64,000 bases of DNA from Thermoanaerobaculia bacterium (GCA_963664405.1 OY761158.1:5504001-5568000); one strand, 5' to 3'; positions 28,306-38,869 are shown, counted from the first letter of the stretch. The notes: generated by a model not told the origin, from the sequence alone. Translations and numbers: made by a program.

Positions 28306-29144
28306 CTACATCTTGGCGATGACCTCGTCGGCGAAGCGCCTGAGTCCGTCGGGGGCCATCGGGGGCACGGTTACGCGGGAGACTCCGAGATCGGCCATCC
28401 GGCGCAGATGCTCAGAGGGGCCGCCTCCGGTGGTGATCTCGAGAGCATCAGGGTCTCGTCCCGCGTCGCTGGCCGCAGCTTTCGCTACCCGGATGAGCTC
28501 GGCCAGCTCCAGCGCCGATCCTTTGACCGGAAAAAAGCCGTCGCCCAGCTCGCCCGCTCGCCGTGCCGCCCTCTTAGTGTGGCCGCCGATGACGATGGGC
28601 ACCAGCCCCTGAGCCGGGCGCGGGCGCGAGTAGACATTCTCGAAAGAGACGAACTCTCCTCGGTAGGTCGAGCAGTCGTCGCCCCATAGGGCTCGCAGCG
28701 CTCGAATGTGATCGTCGGTTCTCGCGCCACGTCGCTCGAAGGGCACGCCGAGGGCCTCGAACCATCTTTCAGCCAGCCCACGCCGACGCCGAGGGTCACT
28801 CTTCCTGCCGACAGTTTGTCGAGTGTCGCCACTGCCTTGGCGGTGACGACGGCATTGCGTTGAGGCAAGATGAGGATGCCGGTAGCGAGACGGATCTTCT
28901 TGGTGACGGCGGCAACGTAGGACAGCCAGATCAGAGGGTCAGGGATGTCGAAGTCTTCCTGCCCGCCCGGCATCTTTCCGCTGGCGTCATAGGGGTAGGT
29001 CGAGGTGTATCCACTCGGGACCACGACGTGCTCCACCGTCCACAGAGATTCGAATCCGCATTCCTCGGCGGTGGTGGCGAGGGCGATGGCGTTGGCTCCT
29101 TCGACGAAAGGGCCGGTGTTGGCGAACATGATGCCGAACTTCAA
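28306..29144 (-). pseudogene. LLM class (F420-dependent type) oxidoreductase with a single frameshift near 28763
   Basis: N-half GFESLWTVEHVV...GVGVGWLK and C-half FEALGVPFERRGARTDD lie in different frames; GAT GG TTC fits GAT GAG TTC missing one base. Confidence 0.75.
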
Positions 29145-29243
29145 GGGGCTTCCTCCCAGATGTAGGTTGATGGAGCGGAGACGTCAGTATCCTATTCCGT
29201 GAACTGAGCCCCCGCCGCAGTCGCGGGATAGAATGCGTCGCCC

Positions 29244-32200
29244 GTGCGCTGCCCTTCCTGCCAGGAGATCAACTCGGCGGGCGCGACCCGCTGCGGTCGG
29301 TGTGGCAGCCGCTTCGAGTGGGAAGCGCCTGAGACTCTCGCCGACGGCGTCCCGGCAGGTCTTGACCTCGACGCCCGGCTTGGCGAAAAGAAGCACGGAC
29401 TTCCTATTGACGAAGTCGTTTCGCTCGCCTCCGAGGTCTGCACCGTCCTCGAACAGGCCCACGCGCAAGGACGGTTCCACGGTGCACTTCGACCCAGCAG
29501 CATCCCGCTGGATGGCGACTCGACGGCGTCGGAGGAAGACGACTGGCTGAACCGACCGGCAGGCCCCACCTCCGCTCGCTTCTCTGAAATCGGTGGGGAG
29601 GCCGCTCGCTACTTGTCTCCGGAGCAGGCGCTCGGTGATCCTCCTGACGCCGGATCCGATCTCTACGCCCTCGGCGCTACCCTGTACGCGATGGTCACCG
29701 GCCAGCCGCCCTTCAGGGGTAGCACGGCGGTGACGGTGATCTCGCAGCATCTCCATACTCCTCCAGTGGCCCCTCGTTGGCATCGCCCCGACCTTCCCGA
29801 GGGCCTGGACTCACTGATTCTCGACCTCCTCGCCAAGGACCCTCAGGCCAGACCCGCTTCGGCGGCCGTTGTGAGTGGACGGCTCCGGGCTCTTCGCGCG
29901 ATCTCGGTCACTGCGCCGAGGTCTCCTCTAGCGGAAACCGATACCCTCTTGGATCGGCTCGCGTCCGGGGTGTTCGTGGGTCGAGAGGAGGAGGTCGCGA
30001 GACTGTGCTCGAGTCTCGACATCAGTCTCGGAGAGCGTTTTGGTGTCGCTCTCCTTGTTGGTGACGCCGGTGTCGGCAAGACGCGAATGGCAGAGGAGCT
30101 TGGGACCTATGCTCGAATGCGAGGGGTCGAGGTGCTGTGGGGTCGGTGTGGTGAAGGGGAAGGGGCGCCGCCGTTCGGCCCCTGGGTCGAGATCTTGCGC
30201 TCCTATGTCGGCGACCGTGAGGCGCACGAGCTGGTCGCCGATCTGGGAATCGGCGCAGGCGATATTGCCGAGCTCGTCGCGGAATTGCGCGACGCTCTTC
30301 CGGGCTTGGCGCCGCCACCGCGTCTCCCTCCGGAGCATGCCCGTTTTCGCCTTTTCGAGAGTGTGGTCGGGCTCTTGCGCAACGCCTCCAAGCGTAGACC
30401 TCTGACACTCGTCCTCGACGATCTTCACTTGGTCGACGAATCCTCTCTTCTTCTATTCGAGTTTCTACTTCGCGAGATCGGACCAGCTCGATTGCTGGTC
30501 GTTGCCACTTGCTGTCGTGAGAGCGTCGGCGACCGCGAAACCCTGAGGCGGATCCTGGACGATCTGGACGGCAGGCAGGAGGTGGAGAAGATCGAGCTCG
30601 GCGGGCTCGAGGTCGGCGATGTCGGGCACTTCCTACGCGACACCACCAGAGTCGAGTGGCCGCAAACCCTCTCGGACGCGGTCTGGGGCGAGACCGACGG
30701 CAACCCCTTCCATCTTCACGAGGTGGTGCGCCTATTGGCTGAAGAAGGACGGATCGACGCGCCGTCACGAGGAGGCTCGAGCCTTCAGCTACCTGAAGGG
30801 GTATTTGGAGTCTTAGCTCGCCGCCTCAGTCACCTCTCGAGTCCTTGCCGGGAGGTTCTCACACTCGCTTCGGTGATCGGTCTCGAGCTCGACCCGGGTT
30901 TGCTTCGACCGCCGGCCGGGACGTCTGAAAGCGGGGTGGCGGAGGCGTTACGGGAGGCGCTCGCCGCGCGCATCCTCGTCGAAGGAGCCGAGGGTCGATT
31001 CCGCTTCTCCCACGAGCTGGTGCGAGAGGCCGTCTACCGGGAGTTGACGGAGTCCGAACGTGCCGCGAAGCATCGGTCGGTGGGAGAGAGCCTGGAGCTG
31101 GCCCACGCGGGCGAGCCCGGGCCGTGGCTCGGCGAGATAGCTCGCCACTTTTCGAAGGCCGTAACGGAGGGAGATCCTGCTCGGTCGATCGCGGCCAGTG
31201 AGCGAGCAGCAGCGTGGGCAGGGTCGCGGCTGGCCTGGGAGGAAGCAGTCGCACACCTTGGGCGGGCGGTTCAGATCGTCGAGCTGTCGTCCGAGCAAGA
31301 CTCCTCGAGAGCTCGCGAGCTCGAGCGTCTGAGGGCTCTGATCTCAGTGGCTCTTTCCAACTCCGAGAAGAGTGGAGACGCCGCCCTCCTGTCTCGGATC
31401 CTGGGCGCGCGTCAGTTCGGCGTCGCGATCAGTAGCGAGAGGGACATGCTCGACGAGGGGAAGCGGATAGTCCTTCATGCCAGAGAGGAGGGGGATCGCG
31501 AGGCCGAGGCGAACGGTCTAGGCTGCTGGTTCTGGGCGGCGGTCTGGCTTTGCGACATCGAAGCAGCGCAAGAGGTGATGAAGGAGGAGAGAGAGCTGGC
31601 GAAAGAGCTGGCGACTCCGATGGCCCGCTACATCCCGCTTGCCCACGCAGCGATGCTCGCCATTCTGCAGGGCCGCTTTGCGGACGCCGAAGGGTGCATT
31701 CGAGAGTCGCACTCGGTGGCAGGTGACGATCTGGAGGAGAGCCTGGCTCGATGGACAGGGGCCCAGAACCTCGTTCTTTCTCGCCTGTCCGGCGGGTCGG
31801 TGGCTCCCGATCCGGTGTTGGCTCTTGGCGATCGCTACCCTGACTCGCCGATTTATCGCGCGTTCGTCTGCGCTGTCTATGCCGCCAACGGTGACTGGAA
31901 CGATGCTCGTCGCGATCTCGGTGTCCTCGCCGGAGAGAACTTTGCGCTCATTCCTCGGGATGAGAACTGGCTTGCTACGGTCTTATTGGCGGCCGATGTC
32001 AGCTGGGACTTGCAAGAGCCTCGCTATGCCTCGTCGCTCTACGAAATGCTCGGTGCCTATGCCGGTCGTTGTCACGGCATCGGGCCGATGGTGGTTTGCC
32101 TCGGTCCGACCGACCTCCGCCTGGGGTATCTCTCGGCTTTGAGCGGCGATTCCGCGAGGGCCGAGAAGCACTTTGTAGACTCCGTTGCGGTGAGCGAGGG

Positions 32201-32384
32201 TCTCGGCGCCACGCCCTTTCTGGCTCTGTCGCGGCTAGCTCTTGCCAAGACACTGTTGCAGCGAAGTGCTGTTGGATCTGTCGCTCGAGCGATCGAAGAG
32301 CGCGATCTCGCCCTCGTGCTTGCACGAGAGGTGGGGATGGCCGGTGTCGTCGCGGTTGCCGAGGCCTTGAGCGAGATACAATAG
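29244..32384 (+). CDS. Zn-ribbon + degenerate Ser/Thr kinase + AAA (STAND-type) ATPase + TPR-like regulator
   Basis: CPSC/CGRC; YLSPEQ and SDLYALG kinase C-lobe; FVGREEE, GDAGVGKT, LVLDDLH, TDGNPF, FSHELVRE. Confidence 0.78.
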   Translation: MRCPSCQEINSAGATRCGRCGSRFEWEAPETLADGVPAGLDLDARLGEKKHGLPIDEVVSLASEVCTVLEQAHAQGRFHGALRPSSIPLDGDSTASEEDDWLNRPAGPTSARFSEIGGEAARYLSPEQALGDPPDAGSDLYALGATLYAMVTGQPPFRGSTAVTVISQHLHTPPVAPRWHRPDLPEGLDSLILDLLAKDPQARPASAAVVSGRLRALRAISVTAPRSPLAETDTLLDRLASGVFVGREEEVARLCSSLDISLGERFGVALLVGDAGVGKTRMAEELGTYARMRGVEVLWGRCGEGEGAPPFGPWVEILRSYVGDREAHELVADLGIGAGDIAELVAELRDALPGLAPPPRLPPEHARFRLFESVVGLLRNASKRRPLTLVLDDLHLVDESSLLLFEFLLREIGPARLLVVATCCRESVGDRETLRRILDDLDGRQEVEKIELGGLEVGDVGHFLRDTTRVEWPQTLSDAVWGETDGNPFHLHEVVRLLAEEGRIDAPSRGGSSLQLPEGVFGVLARRLSHLSSPCREVLTLASVIGLELDPGLLRPPAGTSESGVAEALREALAARILVEGAEGRFRFSHELVREAVYRELTESERAAKHRSVGESLELAHAGEPGPWLGEIARHFSKAVTEGDPARSIAASERAAAWAGSRLAWEEAVAHLGRAVQIVELSSEQDSSRARELERLRALISVALSNSEKSGDAALLSRILGARQFGVAISSERDMLDEGKRIVLHAREEGDREAEANGLGCWFWAAVWLCDIEAAQEVMKEERELAKELATPMARYIPLAHAAMLAILQGRFADAEGCIRESHSVAGDDLEESLARWTGAQNLVLSRLSGGSVAPDPVLALGDRYPDSPIYRAFVCAVYAANGDWNDARRDLGVLAGENFALIPRDENWLATVLLAADVSWDLQEPRYASSLYEMLGAYAGRCHGIGPMVVCLGPTDLRLGYLSALSGDSARAEKHFVDSVAVSEGLGATPFLALSRLALAKTLLQRSAVGSVARAIEERDLALVLAREVGMAGVVAVAEALSEIQ

Positions 32385-32389
32385 AGACC

Positions 32390-33994
32390 TTGGAACGCGG
32401 ACGCCTCGGCCTCGACGAGCTCAAGGACAGTCTGAGCCACGAGATCGCTCGGTTGCTCGACTGGTTGGCCCAGCGCGCGCATTTTGCCGCCGTTCTGCTC
32501 GCCTTCCTCGTGGTCTATGGCCTCGCCGCCAATGCCTGGGTCACGGAGGACGCCTATATATCCCTTCGCTCCGTTGAGCAGGTCCACGCTGGCAATGGTC
32601 CGCGGTGGAATCCCCACGAGCGGGTTCAGGCCTACACCCATACTCTGTGGTTCTGGGTGCTCTGCCTGGCCAGGCTCGTTATCAGCGACGGCTTCCTTCT
32701 GGCGATCGCTGTCGGAATCACTTTTTCCCTTGCGAGCTTCTGGCTGCTCTACTCCCGGTTGGCCTCCCGGCAGGGGGCGCTAGTCGGCGCCCTTGCGGTC
32801 CTGTGTCTGCTCAGCTCCAAGGCTCTGATGGACTACACCACCTCTGGGCTGGAGAACCCGCTCTCGGTTTTCCTTCTGCTGATCGCGCTCTTCGCCAGTC
32901 AACGCTGGGTCGAGGGACCGGTCAGCATTCCCGCTCTCTTTCTAGCCCTTGGCGCCCTCTTTCTGCTTGCTACCAACCGACTCGACTCGCTGACCTTGAC
33001 TCTGCCTCTTCTAGCGTTCTTGGCTTGGTCTGCGTTCGCTGAGATCGGCCTGCCGAAGACTGTCGGGCTACTAACGCTCGCGTCGTTACCGCTGGTCACC
33101 AGTGAGGTCTTTTCACTGTTGTACTACGGCTTTCTCTTCCCCAATACCGCTTACTCGAAAGTTGCCAACGGCGTGGGGCTATTGCCGACGCTGGCATCGG
33201 GCGCTCGCTATCTCGTCGTCTCTTCCCTTCTCGACCCTCTGCTGCCGGTGGTGCTGATCGGAGCGTTGTGGATCGCAAAGGCGAAGAAGGCTCTCTACTG
33301 GCGCGCGCTCGGGGCCGGAGTGCTCCTCAACCTGCTCTATCTTGCGCTGGTCGGGGGCGACTTCATGGCCGGCCGTTTCCTGACCTCGTCCTTCATCGTC
33401 GGAGTGTTCGTGCTGATGAAGAACCTCGACAAGACCGGGTTTGCGCGTCTCGGGCTCTTTCTCGTCTTGCTGTCCTTTTCGCCCCTGCATCCGCTCAACC
33501 CCTTTGCGGATCGCCACCTCGGAGCTCCGATTCTGGGGGTGGCAGACGAACGGGCCTTCTACTCGGACTATTCCTCCGTCGAGTCCTGCTTTGTCGCGTG
33601 GGCGGCGACGGGGGAGTGCCCAGCCCACCCTTGGTATGAGGAGGGCCGGCGTTTCGCAAGCTCCCCGGAGAAGGTGCTGGTGGCCCGTAATGTGGGTTTT
33701 CTCGGCTACCGGGCAGGGACCGAGAAGATCGTTGTCGATGAGCTCGCCCTGGCGGATCCTCTATTGGCTCGCCTGCCGGTGGGCTCCGAGGGCCGCGTCG
33801 GTCACCTCGTACGCGAGGTGCCAGAGGGCTACGTGGAGAGTCTGAGGAGTGGGGAGAATCGGCTACAGGATCCGCACCTGAGGGAGTACTACGATCATCT
33901 GCGTGTGCTCACCCAAGCGCCGATCTTCAGTCCAGGGCGTTTGAGCACGATCTTGAAGTTCAATCTCGGGCTCTACGACAGCTCTCCGGAATGA
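32390..33994 (+). CDS. GT-C fold membrane glycosyltransferase (arabinofuranosyltransferase-like)
   Basis: WVTEDAYISLR, WNPHERVQAYT, TSGLENPL, FPNTAY, GGDFMAGRF and many TM helices; start uncertain. Confidence 0.7.
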   Translation: MERGRLGLDELKDSLSHEIARLLDWLAQRAHFAAVLLAFLVVYGLAANAWVTEDAYISLRSVEQVHAGNGPRWNPHERVQAYTHTLWFWVLCLARLVISDGFLLAIAVGITFSLASFWLLYSRLASRQGALVGALAVLCLLSSKALMDYTTSGLENPLSVFLLLIALFASQRWVEGPVSIPALFLALGALFLLATNRLDSLTLTLPLLAFLAWSAFAEIGLPKTVGLLTLASLPLVTSEVFSLLYYGFLFPNTAYSKVANGVGLLPTLASGARYLVVSSLLDPLLPVVLIGALWIAKAKKALYWRALGAGVLLNLLYLALVGGDFMAGRFLTSSFIVGVFVLMKNLDKTGFARLGLFLVLLSFSPLHPLNPFADRHLGAPILGVADERAFYSDYSSVESCFVAWAATGECPAHPWYEEGRRFASSPEKVLVARNVGFLGYRAGTEKIVVDELALADPLLARLPVGSEGRVGHLVREVPEGYVESLRSGENRLQDPHLREYYDHLRVLTQAPIFSPGRLSTILKFNLGLYDSSPE

Positions 33995-34001
33995 GGATTA
34001 T

Positions 34002-35090
34002 TCAAGCGGCCGAGCTGGCTTCGCTCCAGTCGTGGACGACCGGGAGCACTTCGGCGGCGAAGAGCCTCATACTGGCCTCGGCTTCCTCGTAGGGCATGCC
34101 GGCATAGCGAAAACACAGGTCGAGGTCATAAGCGCCGACGACCTGCCGACGCGTCTCGAGTCGCTCGAGTATCTGCTCGGGTGTCCCCCAAGCCTGCACG
34201 TCGAGATAAGCCTGGGCCATTCTCTCGAGGCCCAGGTGTCGGATGGCTTCGACGTTGGAGCCGTATTCCTCGTAGCCTCTGGTGTCTTTGTAGTGATCGC
34301 TCGCCAGTTCGTAGTGGTGAAGGAGTGAGGACATGTAGCCGGTGATGTATTCGCGGGCCCGCGCTTCCGCGACGGCGGGGTCGGTGTGGCAGTAGGTGTA
34401 ATCGCAGATCAGGGGCGGTGGCGGCTCCTCATCGTGATGGCGGCGAAACTCGCGGCCGTAGCCTTCGAAGATCTCTCGCTGTTCTTCCCAAGCCTTCTGG
34501 GTGAAGACGACCATCTTGATCCCCAGTCGCGCCGCCTGCTGCACCGAGTCGGGAGACATCGCGACTGACGACACTCTTCCTTTGAAGGTCCGCCGCGGTC
34601 GCGGCCGGATAGCGGTCCTCGGTTGTGGGTAATACGGCCCATCGCCCTCGATGAAGCCGGTCTCGAGGGCGTCGAGGATCATCCGCGAGGCTTCGTCGAA
34701 GCGATCGCGTGAAGTGTCCATGTCCAGGCCGAAGGGCTCATACTCTCGCCTGGACAGGCCTCGGCCCATGCCGAAGAAGGCTCGGCCCCCACTGAGATGG
34801 TCGAGCAGAGCGACCTTCTCGGCCACTCGCAAGGGATTGTGCCAGGGCAGAATGACTGCTCCGGTAGCGAGCTTGATGCGGCTGGTACGAGCTGCCATGT
34901 AGCTCAGAAACTGCGTATTGTCCGGGCAGAACGAATAGTCTTCGAAGTGATGCTCGACCGGCCACAGGGCATCGAACCCGAGTTCGTCGGCAAGCACCGC
35001 TAGCCGTATCTCCTCGTCGTAAACCTGATCGTCGCCGACCTCGGGGCCGTAGCCCCAGCTCTGGAACATCATCTGGATGCCGACGTCCAT
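34002..35090 (-). CDS. LLM class flavin-dependent oxidoreductase
   Basis: GFDALWPVEHHF, ILPWHNPLRVAE, LDHLSGGR, GRG; GGAGG RBS. Confidence 0.88.
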   Translation of the reverse strand: MDVGIQMMFQSWGYGPEVGDDQVYDEEIRLAVLADELGFDALWPVEHHFEDYSFCPDNTQFLSYMAARTSRIKLATGAVILPWHNPLRVAEKVALLDHLSGGRAFFGMGRGLSRREYEPFGLDMDTSRDRFDEASRMILDALETGFIEGDGPYYPQPRTAIRPRPRRTFKGRVSSVAMSPDSVQQAARLGIKMVVFTQKAWEEQREIFEGYGREFRRHHDEEPPPPLICDYTYCHTDPAVAEARAREYITGYMSSLLHHYELASDHYKDTRGYEEYGSNVEAIRHLGLERMAQAYLDVQAWGTPEQILERLETRRQVVGAYDLDLCFRYAGMPYEEAEASMRLFAAEVLPVVHDWSEASSAA

Positions 35091-35152
35091 GGCGCTCTCC
35101 TCCGGTTGTTTCGCGCACTCGGAGTATAGAGTAGGCTCGAAAAGAGCGGACG

Positions 35153-36010
35153 ATGCCCGAGCCACCTGTCCTTCTTTTGCGCAACGCCACGGTCATCCGT
35201 GGCCAGGCGAAGGTCTTTGATCGACTCTCGCTGGAGGTCCCGGCCGAGCGCAATGTAGCCATTCTGGGCCCCAACGGCGCCGGCAAGAGCACTCTTCTGC
35301 AGCTCGTGACTCGCGATCTCTATCCCACCTACGACGTAGATTCGCGGATAGAAGTGCTTGGACGTGTGCGCTGGAATGTGGCCGACTTGCGGCATCTCCT
35401 GGGGGTCGTCTCGCATGAGCTGCAAGTGCGTCATCAGCGCGAGATCCGCGGCGTCGACGTGGTGCGGTCGGGCTTCTTCGGGAGTATCGGTATTCATGCT
35501 CACCAGACTCTCGATGAGAGCGAGCTCGCTCGAGTCGAGGAGAGTCTCGAGCGTCTCAAGATCAAGCCCCTTCGCGACCGAATGTTCAACGCGATGTCGG
35601 CGGGTGAGCAGCGGCGCTTCCTGCTAGCCCGAGCCCTGGTCGGTGATCCGCGGACTCTGCTGCTCGATGAGCCTACAAACAGCCTCGATCTGCGAGCCGC
35701 GTTCGAGCTCCTCACTTTGCTACGAGAGCTGGCTCGAGAGGGGCGGAGGCTGGTTCTGGTAACCCATCGCGTCGAGGAGATTCCGCCGGAGGTGAGTTGG
35801 ATCCTGCTGCTCAAAGAGGGCGAGCTGGTGGCCGCCGGGGAGAAGCAGGATGTGCTCCGGCCGGAGGCACTCAGCGCCGTCTTCGAAGTTCCGCTTCGAG
35901 TGGTCGAGCGCGAGGGCTTCTACGCCCTACTTCCCGGCCCTGAGATGTCTGCAATTTCTCGCGCCAGCTCGGTATCGGCCGGCTCGGTACGCCAGGCGAG
36001 GACACCGTAG
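35153..36010 (+). CDS. ABC transporter ATP-binding protein (ModF/iron-complex-like)
   Basis: GPNGAGKS, MSAGE, LLLDEP, VTH. Confidence 0.85.
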   Translation: MPEPPVLLLRNATVIRGQAKVFDRLSLEVPAERNVAILGPNGAGKSTLLQLVTRDLYPTYDVDSRIEVLGRVRWNVADLRHLLGVVSHELQVRHQREIRGVDVVRSGFFGSIGIHAHQTLDESELARVEESLERLKIKPLRDRMFNAMSAGEQRRFLLARALVGDPRTLLLDEPTNSLDLRAAFELLTLLRELAREGRRLVLVTHRVEEIPPEVSWILLLKEGELVAAGEKQDVLRPEALSAVFEVPLRVVEREGFYALLPGPEMSAISRASSVSAGSVRQARTP

Positions 36011-37392
36011 GCGGCGAAGGAGAGGAGGACTGCGGGAAAGACCGCGTGCACGGTCGCCGAGAGCGGAACGAATCGCCAGCCGGCGAGCACCGTGATGCCC
36101 GCGACGAAGGAAGAGATGACAGCCGTACCGCTGCCTCGACGCCAGTGCAGCCCGAGAATGATGGTTGGCAAGAAGCACGCTCCATAGAGGGCGCCAGAGA
36201 AAGAGGTGAGCTCGACGATACCCGCCGGAGGTCTGAGAGCGAGGATCGCGGTGAGGATGGCGAAGGCGACTACTGCCAAGCGGGTCCGACGCAGAGCCCC
36301 GAGCTCCTCCAACTGCGGACGCAGGGCTCCCAGCAGATCTCGCTCGAAGGTCGATGCGGTGACCAAGAGTACGCTGTCGAGCGAAGACATCGCTGCCGAG
36401 AGGATGGCGAGAAAGAGGAAGGCCTGCGCCGCCGGGCCGAAAATACCCGACTGGGTGAGCAGAATCGGAACCACGCGATCGGTGTCTTCGAGGCCGGCGG
36501 GAATGAGGCGGTGCGCGATGAGGCCAATCGGTGTGAGCAGTGTAAAGACGAAGAGCAGGCTGAGAGTCGAGACCCACATCCCCTTGCGCGTCGCGCGCTC
36601 GTCGGCGAGCGCATAGAAGCGAGAGAGCTGACGGGGCTCGACCAGAAACTTCACCGTGGTGGCAAAGATAACGCCGACCAGCAGGGACAGAGGCAGGCCG
36701 GCGTTCGCGGTGAAGAGATGCTCGGTGCTTGGGTCCGTAGAAAGCTTGGCGACCGCGCTGAGCCCACCTGCCGCCCGTAGAGCGCCGAAGGAGATTAGAG
36801 CCGCGGCGGCGATCATGAGAACGCCTTGCACGACGTCGGTCCGCACTACCGAGTGGAATCCTCCGACGGCGGTATAGAGCATGACGATCACCAGCACCAG
36901 ACTGATGGATGCGACATAGGGAAGGTCGAGAACCACCTCGAGGAGGTTGCCGATGCCCTTGTAGACGGCGGTCATGTAGATGAGACTCGCAAACACCACG
37001 ATCAGCGCCGAGATCAGTCGAGCGGCCGGGCTGGCAAAGCGAAATCCGATGAAATCGGGCAAGGTGATCGAGCCGACACGCTCGGTGAAGACGCGCAGGC
37101 GGGGGGCGACGAGGACCCACGAAAGCCAGCTCATACCGACCGCGAAAACGATGATCAGAAGCCAGGGCAGGCCGTAGCTATAGGACTTTCCGGAAAAGCC
37201 CAGGTAGGTATTGGTGCTGGCGTAGGTGGCGAAGAAGGAGACACCGAGTGCGATGCCGCCGAGTCTTCGCCCGCCGACGAAGTAATCGGTCAGACCGCCG
37301 GTCTCTCGGTTGCCGACGCGAGCGTGGTGCACCATGACGGCGCTGTAGACGGCGAGGAGGACAAGGAGGAGCCAGTGATCCGTGATCCACAT
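35920..37392 (-). CDS. Sodium:solute symporter family transporter
   Basis: DYFVGGR, SFFATYAS, YTAVGGFHSVVRTDVVQG, AILSAAMSSLDS and many TM helices. Confidence 0.88.
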   Translation of the reverse strand: MWITDHWLLLVLLAVYSAVMVHHARVGNRETGGLTDYFVGGRRLGGIALGVSFFATYASTNTYLGFSGKSYSYGLPWLLIIVFAVGMSWLSWVLVAPRLRVFTERVGSITLPDFIGFRFASPAARLISALIVVFASLIYMTAVYKGIGNLLEVVLDLPYVASISLVLVIVMLYTAVGGFHSVVRTDVVQGVLMIAAAALISFGALRAAGGLSAVAKLSTDPSTEHLFTANAGLPLSLLVGVIFATTVKFLVEPRQLSRFYALADERATRKGMWVSTLSLLFVFTLLTPIGLIAHRLIPAGLEDTDRVVPILLTQSGIFGPAAQAFLFLAILSAAMSSLDSVLLVTASTFERDLLGALRPQLEELGALRRTRLAVVAFAILTAILALRPPAGIVELTSFSGALYGACFLPTIILGLHWRRGSGTAVISSFVAGITVLAGWRFVPLSATVHAVFPAVLLSFAAYGVLAWRTEPADTELAREIADISGPGSRA

Positions 37393-37523
37393 CGAGCACT
37401 ACCGGGCGGTGGCGGCTCGCATGATACGAGATATTCAACGGCGGCGCTTTGCGGTTTCCTATAATCCCGAGTGTCGGCAGTCGCTGTTCCTCATCAGGCC
37501 TGCGAGTCACGGAGGATTTCGAG

Positions 37524-38615
37524 ATGTCTATTTCTAGCGTGTTGACTCTGCAAGAGATCGTGCGAGTCGCGCGGGAGAATCTGGCTCAGAAAGAGTGGGA
37601 CTATCTTGTCGGCGGCGCCGAAACCGAAACGACGCTGCGGCGTAACCGATTGGCGATTGATTCGCTCGCTTTGCGCCAGCGGGTACTCCGAGATGTATCG
37701 GAGGTGAGAACCCGCGTCCGTCTGCTCGGCCACGAGCTGCGCATTCCGGTGTTCCTACCGCCGATCGGCTCGATCCAGGTCTTCGAAGCGGGTGGAGGAG
37801 CCTCGGTAGCTCGCGCCGCCGAGACCTTCGGTTCGATGCAGTTTCTGAGCTCGGCCTGCTTACCGGATCTTGAAGAGGTGGCTGAGGCGTCGACAGCGCC
37901 CAAGGTGTATCAGCTCTATCTGCAGGGTGACCCAGCCTGGATGGAGGAGCAGATTGAGAGAGCGGTTGCGGCGGGCTATGCCGCCTTTTGCCTGACCGCC
38001 GATACCCAGGTCTACAGCCGTCGCGAGCGCGACTTGCTCAAGCGCTTCATTCCCGGTTCCGGGAGCCAGTCCTCGGCGCCGGGCGATTTTGTTTGGCAGT
38101 CACGCATGAGCTGGGACCTGGTCAAGCGGATCAAAGACCGCTTCGACATTCCGTTGGTAGTGAAAGGCATCGCGACTGCCGAAGACGCCGGTCTCGCTTG
38201 CGAGCACGGCGTCGACGTGATCTATGTCTCCAACCACGGTGGCCGACAGCTGGATCAGGGGCAGGGAACCCTCGAAGTCCTGCCAGAGGTGATTGCGGAG
38301 GTCCGTGGCCGCGCGCCGGTCCTAATCGACGGTGGTTTCTCGCGCGGCACCGATGTGGTCAAGGCGATCGCCCTCGGTGCTACAGCGGTCGGGGTAGGTA
38401 GGCTCCAGTGCTTCGGCATGGCCGCCGGCGGTGCGGAGGGCGTGGTGCGGGCCCTGGAGATTCTCGAGCACGAGATTCAGATCTGTCTCGCGCTCTCCGG
38501 CGTTGCCGGAATCGAGGACTTGGACAAGAGTCTTGTATGCCAGGGGAAGCCCGTTGCGGACCCCCACGTGCTCAGCGCCTTCCCCCTTCTCGAGCTCCCC
38601 AGATGGCGGTACTAG
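37524..38615 (+). CDS. FMN-dependent alpha-hydroxy acid oxidase/dehydrogenase
   Basis: DYLVGGA, VVKGI, VSNHGGRQLD, IDGG, DVVKAIALGA; GGAGG RBS. Confidence 0.9.
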   Translation: MSISSVLTLQEIVRVARENLAQKEWDYLVGGAETETTLRRNRLAIDSLALRQRVLRDVSEVRTRVRLLGHELRIPVFLPPIGSIQVFEAGGGASVARAAETFGSMQFLSSACLPDLEEVAEASTAPKVYQLYLQGDPAWMEEQIERAVAAGYAAFCLTADTQVYSRRERDLLKRFIPGSGSQSSAPGDFVWQSRMSWDLVKRIKDRFDIPLVVKGIATAEDAGLACEHGVDVIYVSNHGGRQLDQGQGTLEVLPEVIAEVRGRAPVLIDGGFSRGTDVVKAIALGATAVGVGRLQCFGMAAGGAEGVVRALEILEHEIQICLALSGVAGIEDLDKSLVCQGKPVADPHVLSAFPLLELPRWRY

Positions 38616-38868
38616 ACCAGCGTTTCCGAAGTTCGAGTCGCATAGCTCGAGCTCATTCTGTTCGCTGGCTAGGAGCCTGCGAAGCAGGCGAGTAGTTCTC
38701 AGGCGGGGATGGGCCGGAGAACGGGCCGTAGGTCCGTTCTCCGGGGCGAGGCGCGCCGACGCAGGCATATTGGGAATCTGTCGAGGAGGGCGGGGGCGCC
38801 TAGCCAACGCTGCCAGCGGGCAGAAGGGGCCGAGATAGGTGGCGCGAACTTTGGAAACGCTGGTCTAG
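38612..38868. mobile_element. MITE-like palindromic element, family A copy 3 (257-bp long variant)
   Basis: Same CTAG-ACCAGCGTTTCC(A/G)AAGTTCG ends and core, plus an extra internal arm; left CTAG supplies the upstream TAG stop. Confidence 0.85.
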
Positions 38869-38869
38869 C

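Noticed and set aside
35920-36010. 91-nt convergent overlap of the ABC ATPase and the symporter
   Set aside because: Both tails look unconstrained and such overlaps are common in GC-rich genomes. There is no evidence of function.
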